In this document: positions 18,691 through 27,762 of the stretch, piece after piece | How the letters are laid out: every line of letters begins with the position of its first letter | Numbering within the stretch: position 1 is the stretch's first letter | NCBI GenBank assembly: GCA_011364925.1 | Contig: RDOA01000007.1 | Span: forward strand, 1 to 64,000 | DNA length: 64,000 nucleotides | Direction: 5' to 3' | Source of the DNA: Promethearchaeota archaeon | Lineage (GTDB): Archaea; Asgardarchaeota; Lokiarchaeia; Sigyniarchaeales; SOKP01 | Notes under the pieces: generated by a model | What the model was told of the DNA's origin: nothing | The model's input: only the letters and a program-made list of their open reading frames with translations | Database searches by the model: none | Translations under genes and position numbers: made by a program

Positions 18691-19659
18691 ATGCTGGAAA
18701 AAATTGCGAACTACATTCGGAATAACAGAAACATCATTGAAAAAGAAGAACTTAATCCCATTGTAGAGTTTATCAACGCTAACTCTTACAAGAGTTCCCA
18801 CATTTTTTCAGACATGGGACAAGATTCTGCGGCAATTAAAAGAAACGACGATACGCTTACGTTAGTAACCACCGATAGAATACGAACGAGTTTTATCGAA
18901 AGATTTCCATTTGGAGCCGGATTCAGTTCTATATTGGTTGGTGTTGACGATATTTACGCTTGTGGGGGAACGCCCTTAGCAGCAACGGTTATCATATCTT
19001 TCAAGGATAAAAGTGTAGGTCAAAAAATGATTGAAGGGATTAGTAATGGCTCTCACAAGTTTAAAGTTCCGATTATTAGGGGTCATACCAATACAAAAGA
19101 TTACTACGAACTAAGCTCTACTTTAATCGGTGAAATTAATAAGAACGATTATATTCCTGCTAACACTGCTAAAGAACTTGACGAGATTATTTTGGCTGTG
19201 GATTTTGATGGAAAAGTAGGTAGAGCAAGTAAGTTGCATTGGGATACCGTTACGTATAAATCATCTGAAGAAGTCTTAAACAAAAGGTATGCCATGAATC
19301 TTATTGCTCAATCTCATCTTGCCCACTCTTCTAAGGATGTATCCAATGGTGGAATATTTGGCACGATTTTACAATTATTAAAGTATTCAAGGGTAGGAGC
19401 AGCTATCAACATAAATCAAATTGAAATTCCTTCTAAATTAGTTGCAAAAGGATATGATCTCGAAACTTATGTTCAAATGTTTTTAACTACCTCTTATGTC
19501 TTGACCGCAGTTAGCAAAAATTGTCAAAAAATATTAAAAATATTCCAAGATCACCATATGAACGCGGTTGTTATTGGAAGTATTAAAAATGAGTTTGATT
19601 TATCTATTAATAATGGTCAGAATTCGATTAAAGTAATTGATTTTAAACATAATATATAA
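18691..19659 (+). CDS. AIR synthase-related protein (PurM-like; methanogenesis marker 2/sll0787-like)
   Basis: GQDSAAI, VGVDDIYACGGTP, IIRGHT and SKDVSNGGIFGT. Confidence 0.8.
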   Translation: MLEKIANYIRNNRNIIEKEELNPIVEFINANSYKSSHIFSDMGQDSAAIKRNDDTLTLVTTDRIRTSFIERFPFGAGFSSILVGVDDIYACGGTPLAATVIISFKDKSVGQKMIEGISNGSHKFKVPIIRGHTNTKDYYELSSTLIGEINKNDYIPANTAKELDEIILAVDFDGKVGRASKLHWDTVTYKSSEEVLNKRYAMNLIAQSHLAHSSKDVSNGGIFGTILQLLKYSRVGAAININQIEIPSKLVAKGYDLETYVQMFLTTSYVLTAVSKNCQKILKIFQDHHMNAVVIGSIKNEFDLSINNGQNSIKVIDFKHNI

Positions 19660-19694
19660 AATTTTAAGAAGAAAATTTAAAACAGGCAATTGCT

Positions 19695-20255
19695 ATGGAT
19701 TTTGATTTTAAAAAAAGTTTTAAGGGGACAATCTCCGTTATTGGGACAAGTGAGATCGACGTAGTCACTAAAAAGATAACAATTGAGCTAGGACGATTAT
19801 TGGCTGAGAATCATTATGCTATTTCTTGTGGAGGGTTATCTGGAGTAATGGAAGCTGTTTGTAAAGGAGCAAAGCTGGCTAATGGCCTTACAATCGGAGT
19901 TATTCCATTTGAAGATAAGTCTTATGCAAATAAATATGTAGATGTTGTAATTCCAGTTCCATTTTCTCAAGCTCGAAACATTATCGTCGTATTGAGTGGT
20001 GATGCGTGTGTCGCTGTAGGTGGAAAAGCAGGGACGCTTTCTGAAATGTGTTTCGCTTGGATATACGGAAAACCAATTATTGCATTAACAGGTGAAGTTG
20101 AGGGATGGTCATCGAAGATGGCAGGAAAAAAAATAGATGATAGGAGGGGTGACGTAATTTACGAAGCCAAAACTCCTCAAGAGGTAGTTGATAAGTTAAA
20201 CGATCTCTTTAAATCTCAATCTAAAATAATGTATAAAATGCCTACCGAATTTTGA
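19695..20255 (+). CDS. TIGR00725-like LOG/SLOG-family nucleotide-binding protein
   Basis: CGGLSGVMEAVCKGAK...TIGVIP, ARNIIVV and GGKAGTLSE. Confidence 0.88.
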   Translation: MDFDFKKSFKGTISVIGTSEIDVVTKKITIELGRLLAENHYAISCGGLSGVMEAVCKGAKLANGLTIGVIPFEDKSYANKYVDVVIPVPFSQARNIIVVLSGDACVAVGGKAGTLSEMCFAWIYGKPIIALTGEVEGWSSKMAGKKIDDRRGDVIYEAKTPQEVVDKLNDLFKSQSKIMYKMPTEF

Positions 20256-20439
20256 TGCAATGAATTTTATTAAAATGCTAATAAAGGCACCTTTTTGAAG
20301 GAGTAGTGTGTTTCTTTTTTGAACTTAACAAATGTTTTTAATATTTAAGTTAAAGATAATTTTATAAGATTGTTTGCAATATTATTCTACATAAGAATAT
20401 ATACAAATATTTTCTTGTGTAGTTCAAGGTGAAACTTTT

Positions 20440-21408
20440 TTGACAATTCAATATTTAACGAAAGATGAGAAAGACAAGAAGAAAGTTGTTTCAGCGTCAA
20501 AGTTGCTCTTTACAGGCTTAGACAACGCCGGAAAGACGACAATTATCTACGGATTACAACGAGAATTCTCAAAAATTGCTTTTCTTAAGCCAACACGGGG
20601 AGCTCAAAGAAGAATATTTGAATTCATGGGTAAAGAAATCGCAGAGTGGGATTTAGGAGGACAAGTTTCGTATAGAATTTCCTATTTAAAAAATCCAGGA
20701 AAATACTTCGATGACACGGAAATCGCAATTTATGTGATCGATGTTCAGAATCGAGTGAGACTACCCGAGGCAATAAGTTATCTCAAAGATGTTGTAGCGA
20801 CATTCAAGAAACTTGAGATTGCGCCCCCGATCTATGTTTTTCTCCATAAATACGATCCTGCATTAAGAAGAAATGCTTTAAATGAAATGAAGAATCTTGA
20901 AGTAGAAATTAAAGATAAAATAAAACAAACCATAGATTATAAACAAATTTTTTATTACAATACAAGCATTTACGAGCTTTCTTCAATTATAAAAGCTATA
21001 TCAGAGATCCTATTAAGTTTATATTCAAAATCTGAATTAATTGAAAAAACTATCGTGGAATTTGGTAAAAAGACATATTCAGATGGAATCGTCCTGCTTG
21101 ACGATAATTCGTTGATTATCGGTAGTTATTATAAGGATGAAGAAACTAAGAATCTATTGTCTGCAAGCACGCCTTATTTTCTAACTCTTAACGATAGTTT
21201 TATTTTTACCGAGGTTCAACCCAGTCGTCAAGAAGAGGAAAACCATATGATTGTTCAAAGATTTGGAAGAAATTTCTTATTTAAACAACTGACTTTAAAA
21301 GAAGGAATTAACCCATATTACATTCTCATGCTTAAACAAGACACTAATATTAATAAAGACGATATAAATTCCTTTTCTAACCTATTAAAAGAGATCTTAT
21401 ACAGTTAA
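20440..21408 (+). CDS. Arf/Rag-like small GTPase with C-terminal roadblock-like domain
   Basis: GLDNAGKT, PTRG, WDLGGQ, HKYD, TSIY; C-term GIVLLDDNSLIIG; TTG start after AGGTGA. Confidence 0.87.
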   Translation: MTIQYLTKDEKDKKKVVSASKLLFTGLDNAGKTTIIYGLQREFSKIAFLKPTRGAQRRIFEFMGKEIAEWDLGGQVSYRISYLKNPGKYFDDTEIAIYVIDVQNRVRLPEAISYLKDVVATFKKLEIAPPIYVFLHKYDPALRRNALNEMKNLEVEIKDKIKQTIDYKQIFYYNTSIYELSSIIKAISEILLSLYSKSELIEKTIVEFGKKTYSDGIVLLDDNSLIIGSYYKDEETKNLLSASTPYFLTLNDSFIFTEVQPSRQEEENHMIVQRFGRNFLFKQLTLKEGINPYYILMLKQDTNINKDDINSFSNLLKEILYS

Positions 21409-21534
21409 CTCTTTTCTTTTTTATCTTTGTTTTTGTCAATATTAATAAAATTGTGTTTTCATACTACTATTATAGTTAAAAGTATAAAAAATTAATAGTT
21501 CTGATTTTAACGATAAAAAGAAGAGATAAATAGT

Positions 21535-22533
21535 ATGATTATTTGCTCTAACTGTGGAACTACAAACAACGAACAAAACGGTCATATATGCAGGAAATGT
21601 GGTGCATTGCTCCCAATTTCTGTTAAACCCTCAAGAACAAAAACTTCATCGAAAAAGTCAGAAAAACCAAAAATTAAAGAGCAAAGAACTCCACCAGAAA
21701 AAAAGACGCCTACTACTAAACCAGAAAAGAAACCAGTTAATAAGGAGTTTAATACGGTGCCCAATGTTTTAGACCTTCACGAAATTCCTAAACCTAATGA
21801 TCAAACCGAGGAGAAGTACTTGAGAGTTAACGATGAAAGCGATTTTAGCGAACCTGAAGATGATGGTGAAATTTTGAGAGAAATTCAACCACAACCATTC
21901 AGAGGCTCAATAATAGCAGAGAAAGGTGTTTATGGCCATCACCAGCAAACAGAGGGAGTGACAACTTCAAGGACCCAAGAAATTCCTTCTACTCCTAAAA
22001 CCGAATCTAGTCTTATAAAACAAAAACAATTAGAAGAGGACATGACCAAGGTGCTTTCCTTTCTCTCAAAAAAAGTTACAGTTAAACCTCTCGAGTCCGC
22101 GAGAAAAAAGGAGGAAGTTAAAAAGAAACCGGAGGAGGTCATTCCTCCCTCTAGCATGACTGAAATTTTAAAAGATCTTTTAAAACTGGATTTGCATATC
22201 GAGGCGTCCGCTATTATAAAGAAAGATGGTACGATTTTAGCTTCCGCGATTAGCTCAAGGATATCTGATTCACTTTTTGCTACGATTGGTCAAAATCTAT
22301 CGATGATTGGTAATGATATTATTAATGGATTGAGTGCTGGGAACTTATTAAATATCTCAATAAGAGGGACAAATGGCGTTTTAGATTTAGCACCGATAGG
22401 ATCAAAAGAAACTTTAGGAGACGATATGATTTTAATTATTTTCTCACACCCACGAGTTAAAAGCGGAATCATAAATCTTGCCGCATCCAATGTTAGGAAA
22501 CAGGTTACTCAATATTTAGGCTTGTCAAAGTAA
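21535..22533 (+). CDS. Zinc ribbon + low-complexity linker + roadblock/LC7 domain protein
   Basis: CSNCG...CRKCG; K/E/P/T-rich linker; C-term IEASAIIKKDGTILAS...NISIRGTNG. Confidence 0.82.
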   Translation: MIICSNCGTTNNEQNGHICRKCGALLPISVKPSRTKTSSKKSEKPKIKEQRTPPEKKTPTTKPEKKPVNKEFNTVPNVLDLHEIPKPNDQTEEKYLRVNDESDFSEPEDDGEILREIQPQPFRGSIIAEKGVYGHHQQTEGVTTSRTQEIPSTPKTESSLIKQKQLEEDMTKVLSFLSKKVTVKPLESARKKEEVKKKPEEVIPPSSMTEILKDLLKLDLHIEASAIIKKDGTILASAISSRISDSLFATIGQNLSMIGNDIINGLSAGNLLNISIRGTNGVLDLAPIGSKETLGDDMILIIFSHPRVKSGIINLAASNVRKQVTQYLGLSK

Positions 22534-23322
22534 TTGTTTTTGCGAGATTATTTTTGAAAGTTTCTCAGTTTTGAAAAAGGGCAAGTTTACTTGCAACTCT
22601 TGTAAAAAAGAATTTAAATTATAAACCCCGACTAATGGAACTGAATTTTCATTTATCTTAATCCAATTTGATTCTAATGTTACCATTATTGGAATTAGAG
22701 TAAATGGTAATCTTTTTCGTAAATCATAATTGATTCCTAATATGTTCTGGATTAAGTTGGAGAGTACTTCGGGATTTTTTTTTAACGCCACCACTCTTTG
22801 GTATTGTAAATTAGCGGCTTTGTTAATCGCGCTGTAAGAATCTTTCCTTTTCCATTGCTTTGCGTCTATGACGAGTATAATGTTTTGGTGTATACCGATT
22901 ACATCAATCTCGTATCTTTTTTGAGATGTTTCGTACTTCAATGTTGATTTATCAGAAAATCTAAAATTTTTAGTAGTTTTATAGTTATTTTTTGAGAGAA
23001 TATCTTGGATTAAAGCTTCAAATCCGTCGTAATCCAATAAATACGACAATTGATTAATATCTACCTCTAGGAATTGCAAACATATAGTAATAAATAGTAT
23101 TTTGTCAACAACAATGTAATTAATATAGTTCCCTTTTTGAATAGAAATAAAATCAAACATACTTAAGAATTCGCGGAGCTTGAATTCGCTAAAATCCTTT
23201 AAAAAATCAATTTCAGAGATTTCTAACCAGACTTCGGTTATTTCTGAATTCCCCTCTCTAAGAAGATTATATATTTCTAAGAAAAATTGCTTAATTGAAG
23301 GAGAAGAATACAAATCAGACAT
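22525..23322 (-). CDS. PD-(D/E)xK restriction-endonuclease-like protein (Mrr/NERD-like)
   Basis: DGFEALIQDIL...EIDVIG...VIDAKQW. Confidence 0.75.
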   Translation of the reverse strand: MSDLYSSPSIKQFFLEIYNLLREGNSEITEVWLEISEIDFLKDFSEFKLREFLSMFDFISIQKGNYINYIVVDKILFITICLQFLEVDINQLSYLLDYDGFEALIQDILSKNNYKTTKNFRFSDKSTLKYETSQKRYEIDVIGIHQNIILVIDAKQWKRKDSYSAINKAANLQYQRVVALKKNPEVLSNLIQNILGINYDLRKRLPFTLIPIMVTLESNWIKINENSVPLVGVYNLNSFLQELQVNLPFFKTEKLSKIISQKQLL

Positions 23323-23391
23323 GATCTATCTTATAATAATTATATAAAAGAATGAAAAGAGAGTAATGATATAATGATTATTTCATTAGGA

Positions 23392-23838
23392 TTAATTAGC
23401 GTTATTCGCGCTATCAATTAATTTTTTAACTTCCTTAAACTCGTAGATGACTCCTGAGTAAATGAATTCTTTCAGTTCCTCCTCATCGTGGCATTCTTCT
23501 ATTTTTTTTTCTAAATCTTTGAATGGAAAGCCTATTCGTGTATTTTTCAGGCGTGCAATCTCAAATCCAAATTTTGATAGCGTATAACTAACTAATTCTC
23601 TTATAAGAGGTGCTGTAAGTATCTTAAGGTTGGAAGAAGTGATAAAGCGAAACACATCAAGCGTAACTTTTTCAGCATCCTTCTCAGAAAGGTCTGTCTC
23701 TTTTAACAAAGACATGTATATCCGATTTGGGTCAAACTTGTTTTTTTTCACTATTCCTGATTCTTTATCTTTATAAAGCACCTCTGGTAAAGAATCATAG
23801 ATTTTTTCTTCAAACATAATAAAGGATTTTTTATACAA
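23392..23838 (-). CDS. Stand-alone ATP-cone domain protein
   Basis: KFDPNRIYMSLLKETDLSEKDAEKV...LTAPLIRELVSYTL...NTRIGFP resembles the N-terminus of archaeal NrdD; ATG 23817 is an alternative start. Confidence 0.75.
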   Translation of the reverse strand: MYKKSFIMFEEKIYDSLPEVLYKDKESGIVKKNKFDPNRIYMSLLKETDLSEKDAEKVTLDVFRFITSSNLKILTAPLIRELVSYTLSKFGFEIARLKNTRIGFPFKDLEKKIEECHDEEELKEFIYSGVIYEFKEVKKLIDSANNAN

Positions 23839-24189
23839 TTTGATGAAAATTAGTTAAAATAGTAATTATTACCAAATAAAAGCTATTATTAATTTTTTAT
23901 TAATATAGCATAATCGGCGGAATAACTGTTTTCTAAGAGCATATTAGTATATATTCAAAATTGCGATTAGTTTTAGAGCGCTTATCTAGATTTTGTTGAT
24001 TTGAGAATTTTTCTTAAAATATAAGTTATATTTAATAGAAAATTCTTTCATAATATATTAGAATAATATAATATTTTAAATCGGTTAAAAAGAATAAGGA
24101 AAAGTATATTTTTATGCTAAGAATTGAAAGCAGTGTTCTTCAGTTATTTCCTTTTAAATCTATAGTAATGTAATGAACTTCATCGAAAT

Positions 24190-25602
24190 ATGACAAAACA
24201 AAATAACGGAATCATCAAATCAATCGTATTGAGCGTGTTTGATGACGATGGTCCAACCCCTAAAATCTATTGGCCAGAGACAATGGACGAGTCTTCAAGA
24301 TTATTGATTGCAATGAAGACTATCTCTCTTTTGATGGGAGATACTGTCTATCAAAATGGAGAATCTACCGAGGATGTTAATTACTTTGGAATCCTACCTT
24401 TTCCCGATTTAAAGTTAAATGGATTGACTTACTTTTTTTTAATCCTAGATCCAACAGCTAGAGGTAACGCTAAAGCAGCGACCGTAACTATCTTAATTGA
24501 TGAAGACGATAAAATTTTTTTTTATGAAAATATGAAATACCTCCGGGTTATAATAGATAGCGCGGCATCAAAAATTCAAACGAATAAGAATCTTGATGAA
24601 CTACGTACTATCATGAATGAACTAAAGGAAGAGCTTTTTGATTTTACAAGCGAGATGAAAGATCCTTTTTCTTTTAAGCGACAAATTAAAATTTTAATGA
24701 CTGGACTGGATCGTGCTGGGAAAACGAGTTTTCTTCACGCAGTTAAGAAACGATATTCTGAAATTATAAAAACATTACCTACAAAAGGGATTGCGAGAAG
24801 CGAAGAAAAAATTTTCGAAGAACAAAATTCTACGATTTCAGTGTGGGATCTTGGCGGTCAAAAGGCCTATCGAGAAAAGTTCCTTGAGCAAAGAAAGGTC
24901 TATTTATACAACATAGATTTGCTCTTTTACTTCATAGATGTTCAAGATTCCTCAAGAATTGAGGAGTCAATGGAATTATTTGTTAAAGTTATTGACTCAC
25001 TGGTAGAATTAGAGGAGTTTCCTCCAATCGTTGTTTGTTTAAACAAATGCGATCCAGATATACAAGAAAAAGAGGATATCAAGAACAATATTACAGGTTT
25101 AATTGAAAGAATTAATAAATTCTCAGAAAGATTCTTTGTAAAAATTTTTGAAACATCTATTTTCGATGGATTTTCGTTAATCTCTGCTTATTCATATGGA
25201 TTATCACAATTATCTCCTAACAGAGAGCTATTCGAAAATCAATTAAAGCATTTCGCGAAAAAAATCACCTCAGATGCGATCCTTTTGTTAAATGAAAAGG
25301 GAATTATCCTTTCAAACTTCTCAAATATCGATATCTCTGAGAAGCTTTTCGAAATATCTGCACCTCATTTTCAAACTTTATACAAAACATTTAAGGAATT
25401 TAAGTTACTCAAGCAAGATTTTCTAATTTCCTCAGGAATTACCGATGAATCAAAAAAGATTATCTTTAAGAGGATTACGGTTGATAAACACAACTTATAC
25501 TTGTTACTTTTTATGGAGAGAGATTTGAATCTAGATAAAATAGAAAGGCATTTACCCAAACTCTCTAAAAACCTTAATGAATTAATTCAAACATACATTT
25601 AA
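24190..25602 (+). CDS. uDENN/longin + Arf/Rag-like GTPase + roadblock-like domain protein
   Basis: N-term LSVFDDDGPTP and LDPTARG; GLDRAGKT, PTKG, WDLGGQ, NKCD, TSIF; C-term AILLLNEKGIILS. Confidence 0.87.
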   Translation: MTKQNNGIIKSIVLSVFDDDGPTPKIYWPETMDESSRLLIAMKTISLLMGDTVYQNGESTEDVNYFGILPFPDLKLNGLTYFFLILDPTARGNAKAATVTILIDEDDKIFFYENMKYLRVIIDSAASKIQTNKNLDELRTIMNELKEELFDFTSEMKDPFSFKRQIKILMTGLDRAGKTSFLHAVKKRYSEIIKTLPTKGIARSEEKIFEEQNSTISVWDLGGQKAYREKFLEQRKVYLYNIDLLFYFIDVQDSSRIEESMELFVKVIDSLVELEEFPPIVVCLNKCDPDIQEKEDIKNNITGLIERINKFSERFFVKIFETSIFDGFSLISAYSYGLSQLSPNRELFENQLKHFAKKITSDAILLLNEKGIILSNFSNIDISEKLFEISAPHFQTLYKTFKEFKLLKQDFLISSGITDESKKIIFKRITVDKHNLYLLLFMERDLNLDKIERHLPKLSKNLNELIQTYI

Positions 25603-25658
25603 CTGAAATAAATTAAAAATAAAAATTAAAATAACTTTTTTAGAAGAACGTTATATTT

Positions 25659-26876
25659 TTAGAAACTTTCGTAAGCCTTTCTTTTCTTTTTATTAGATCT
25701 AACTACTAATACAATTCCTATTATTACCGCTCCAACAATCGCTGCGATTATAGCTATAACAACAATCTGAATAAAGTTTGAACTAGACTCTAAAACGGTT
25801 ATTTTCATGTTGTAAGAGAAAGTATATGCGCTGTGATCAGAGGCTACTGGAGATGGTATGTGAGGAAATTCCGAAATATAATCGTATCCTGGTGATGCTC
25901 CTGGGACAAAAAACCACGCGCCTACGTTCAAATTGAACCGAAAGCAGTCGATCTTTTTGTAAGAACTTGCGATTTGTGGTTCACAGGCAACCCAACCGAT
26001 CTCAGGAATGTAATATTCGACCCAAGCGTGACCTAAAATATTAGTATCTCCATTATCCGTAGCGTAAAAATTGAACACCCTCCCAACTTCAGGTACAACA
26101 TTATCATCGCTTTTTAATAAAAAGCCTGTTACTTTTCTCGCGGGTATCCCTTGAATGCGTAAAAGCGTAATCATTAAGGAGGAGTATTCGCTACAATCTC
26201 CTCGTTTATTTTGGAATGCCCATAAAGCTCCCATTTCTTGAGCTGGAAGATTACCGTCATAAGTTAAATAACTTGACACGTTTTCACAAATCTTCCTTGC
26301 TTTTTCGAGAGGATTGTCGCTTGGACTTACAATTCGATTTGAAGCAGCAATTAACTCTGGATCGTCTCTTTCATAGTAGGTTTCTGAATGATTACAATAC
26401 AGATCGAACATTTCATCAGCTGTGTTGTACACCCCTATATCCGAACTTTGGATTGCACCAAACTCAACCCCGTTTAGCTTGATAAGGTATTTCTGATTTA
26501 AAGTAATCGTATCAGATGTGCTTAGTGTTGCGTTAAATAAATCATAGGTATTGTTAAATTTGTCATGATAGCCCATAATAAGGGAATTATATCCCGTAAT
26601 TGAATTGTATAAAAGGCTAGCTTCTTGATAGGGAGGACAGTATTGAGTAAGTGTTGAATTCGGTTGACGATCGTTTAATCGAGCTACTTTGAAATAATAC
26701 TGTTGGGGAGTAAGCCTTGTATGCGTAAATGTATAGTTCATTTCAACTTGATAAGTGACACTTTGATTTATGTGATAATGAGATACCCCCTCGAAGGTGT
26801 TCAGATCTATTCGAGCAGTCACGCTAGTAGGTATTAAAAAAATGAGCAAGAAAAATGCGACTTTATACGTTTTCAT
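25659..26876 (-). CDS. Exported transglutaminase-like protein with C-terminal TM anchor
   Basis: Signal peptide; GDCSEYS, GIPARKVTG and HAWVEYY; TM followed by a KKKRK tail. Confidence 0.88.
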   Translation of the reverse strand: MKTYKVAFFLLIFLIPTSVTARIDLNTFEGVSHYHINQSVTYQVEMNYTFTHTRLTPQQYYFKVARLNDRQPNSTLTQYCPPYQEASLLYNSITGYNSLIMGYHDKFNNTYDLFNATLSTSDTITLNQKYLIKLNGVEFGAIQSSDIGVYNTADEMFDLYCNHSETYYERDDPELIAASNRIVSPSDNPLEKARKICENVSSYLTYDGNLPAQEMGALWAFQNKRGDCSEYSSLMITLLRIQGIPARKVTGFLLKSDDNVVPEVGRVFNFYATDNGDTNILGHAWVEYYIPEIGWVACEPQIASSYKKIDCFRFNLNVGAWFFVPGASPGYDYISEFPHIPSPVASDHSAYTFSYNMKITVLESSSNFIQIVVIAIIAAIVGAVIIGIVLVVRSNKKKRKAYESF

Positions 26877-27024
26877 AGAAATCTTTTTTTAAATTTTTTT
26901 ACATAGAGTATAATAATCTCTCTTTTTATTTGTTCTGATAATTTTAGAAAAAAAGAACATTATTAAGACAGAATTTTTATTATGTAAGTAATTAAAATTT
27001 GCAGCAGTACAACGGGTAAGGACT

Positions 27025-27666
27025 ATTATCTACAAGATATTTCTCATTGATAGTGAAAATGGCATCTCTCTTTTAGAAGCCACATTTAAAGAATTAGTGG
27101 GAGACATTAAAGTTAAAGGGGTGATTCCTGGATTTTTTAAAGAGATCAACGAAATCATAGATAAAATACAAGAGGCTATGGTAAAAGGTGGCTATAAAGA
27201 AGATTTAACCCGAATTGTAGAATCTGAAAATTCGACTATCGTTATTATCCACCATCCACCTTCAAGAATATTATTTTGCTCAATTTCTGATCCCGATGAC
27301 GATGTAGATAAAACTATCGAAGTAATCCGTAAAATTTCAAGCCGTTTCTGGAAAAAGCATGAAGCGGAAGTTAAATTATTTAGAAGTACTTCGCAAAAGT
27401 CTCGTTTTCAGACGATAATTACTGATATAGAAAATTTATGCCAAGGCGGTAAGATAGCTGAAATATTCCCAAAATTGTTAGTAGTAAAGAGTGTTTTAGA
27501 GAAAATCAAAAGCATGGGAATGATTAACGAAGATGATTTCCAAGTCGCCTTAAAATGCTCTGGTGAAGCGTCCCCGTTAAAAATCGCAAGAATATTATCT
27601 AAATCTCGCAATGATGTAAATAATGTACTTAAAAAGTTAGAGGAATTAGATATAGTATCTTTTTAA
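27025..27666 (+). CDS. Longin-like + winged-helix protein; probable ATT start
   Basis: Frame open from 26992; IIYKIFLIDSENGISLLEATF (longin beta1-beta2) lies upstream of the track's GTG 27097; C-term SPLKIARILSKSRNDVNNVLKKLEELDIV wHTH. Confidence 0.72.
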   Translation: MIYKIFLIDSENGISLLEATFKELVGDIKVKGVIPGFFKEINEIIDKIQEAMVKGGYKEDLTRIVESENSTIVIIHHPPSRILFCSISDPDDDVDKTIEVIRKISSRFWKKHEAEVKLFRSTSQKSRFQTIITDIENLCQGGKIAEIFPKLLVVKSVLEKIKSMGMINEDDFQVALKCSGEASPLKIARILSKSRNDVNNVLKKLEELDIVSF

Positions 27667-27762
27667 TTACTTTTAGGTTTCTCCTTTTAGGCTTTTGTAA
27701 TAGAAAAAAATAAAAGCTTTCTTTATTTACCTCATTTACCTTACAATCAATTTGGTGATGCT

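Noticed and set aside
18691-19659. Possible selenophosphate synthetase SelD
   Set aside because: Lacks the N-terminal Cys/Sec-x-x-Lys motif; fits other PurM-like families better
22525-23322. Restriction-modification or defence system
   Set aside because: Lone PD-(D/E)xK gene with no adjacent DNA methyltransferase or defence partners
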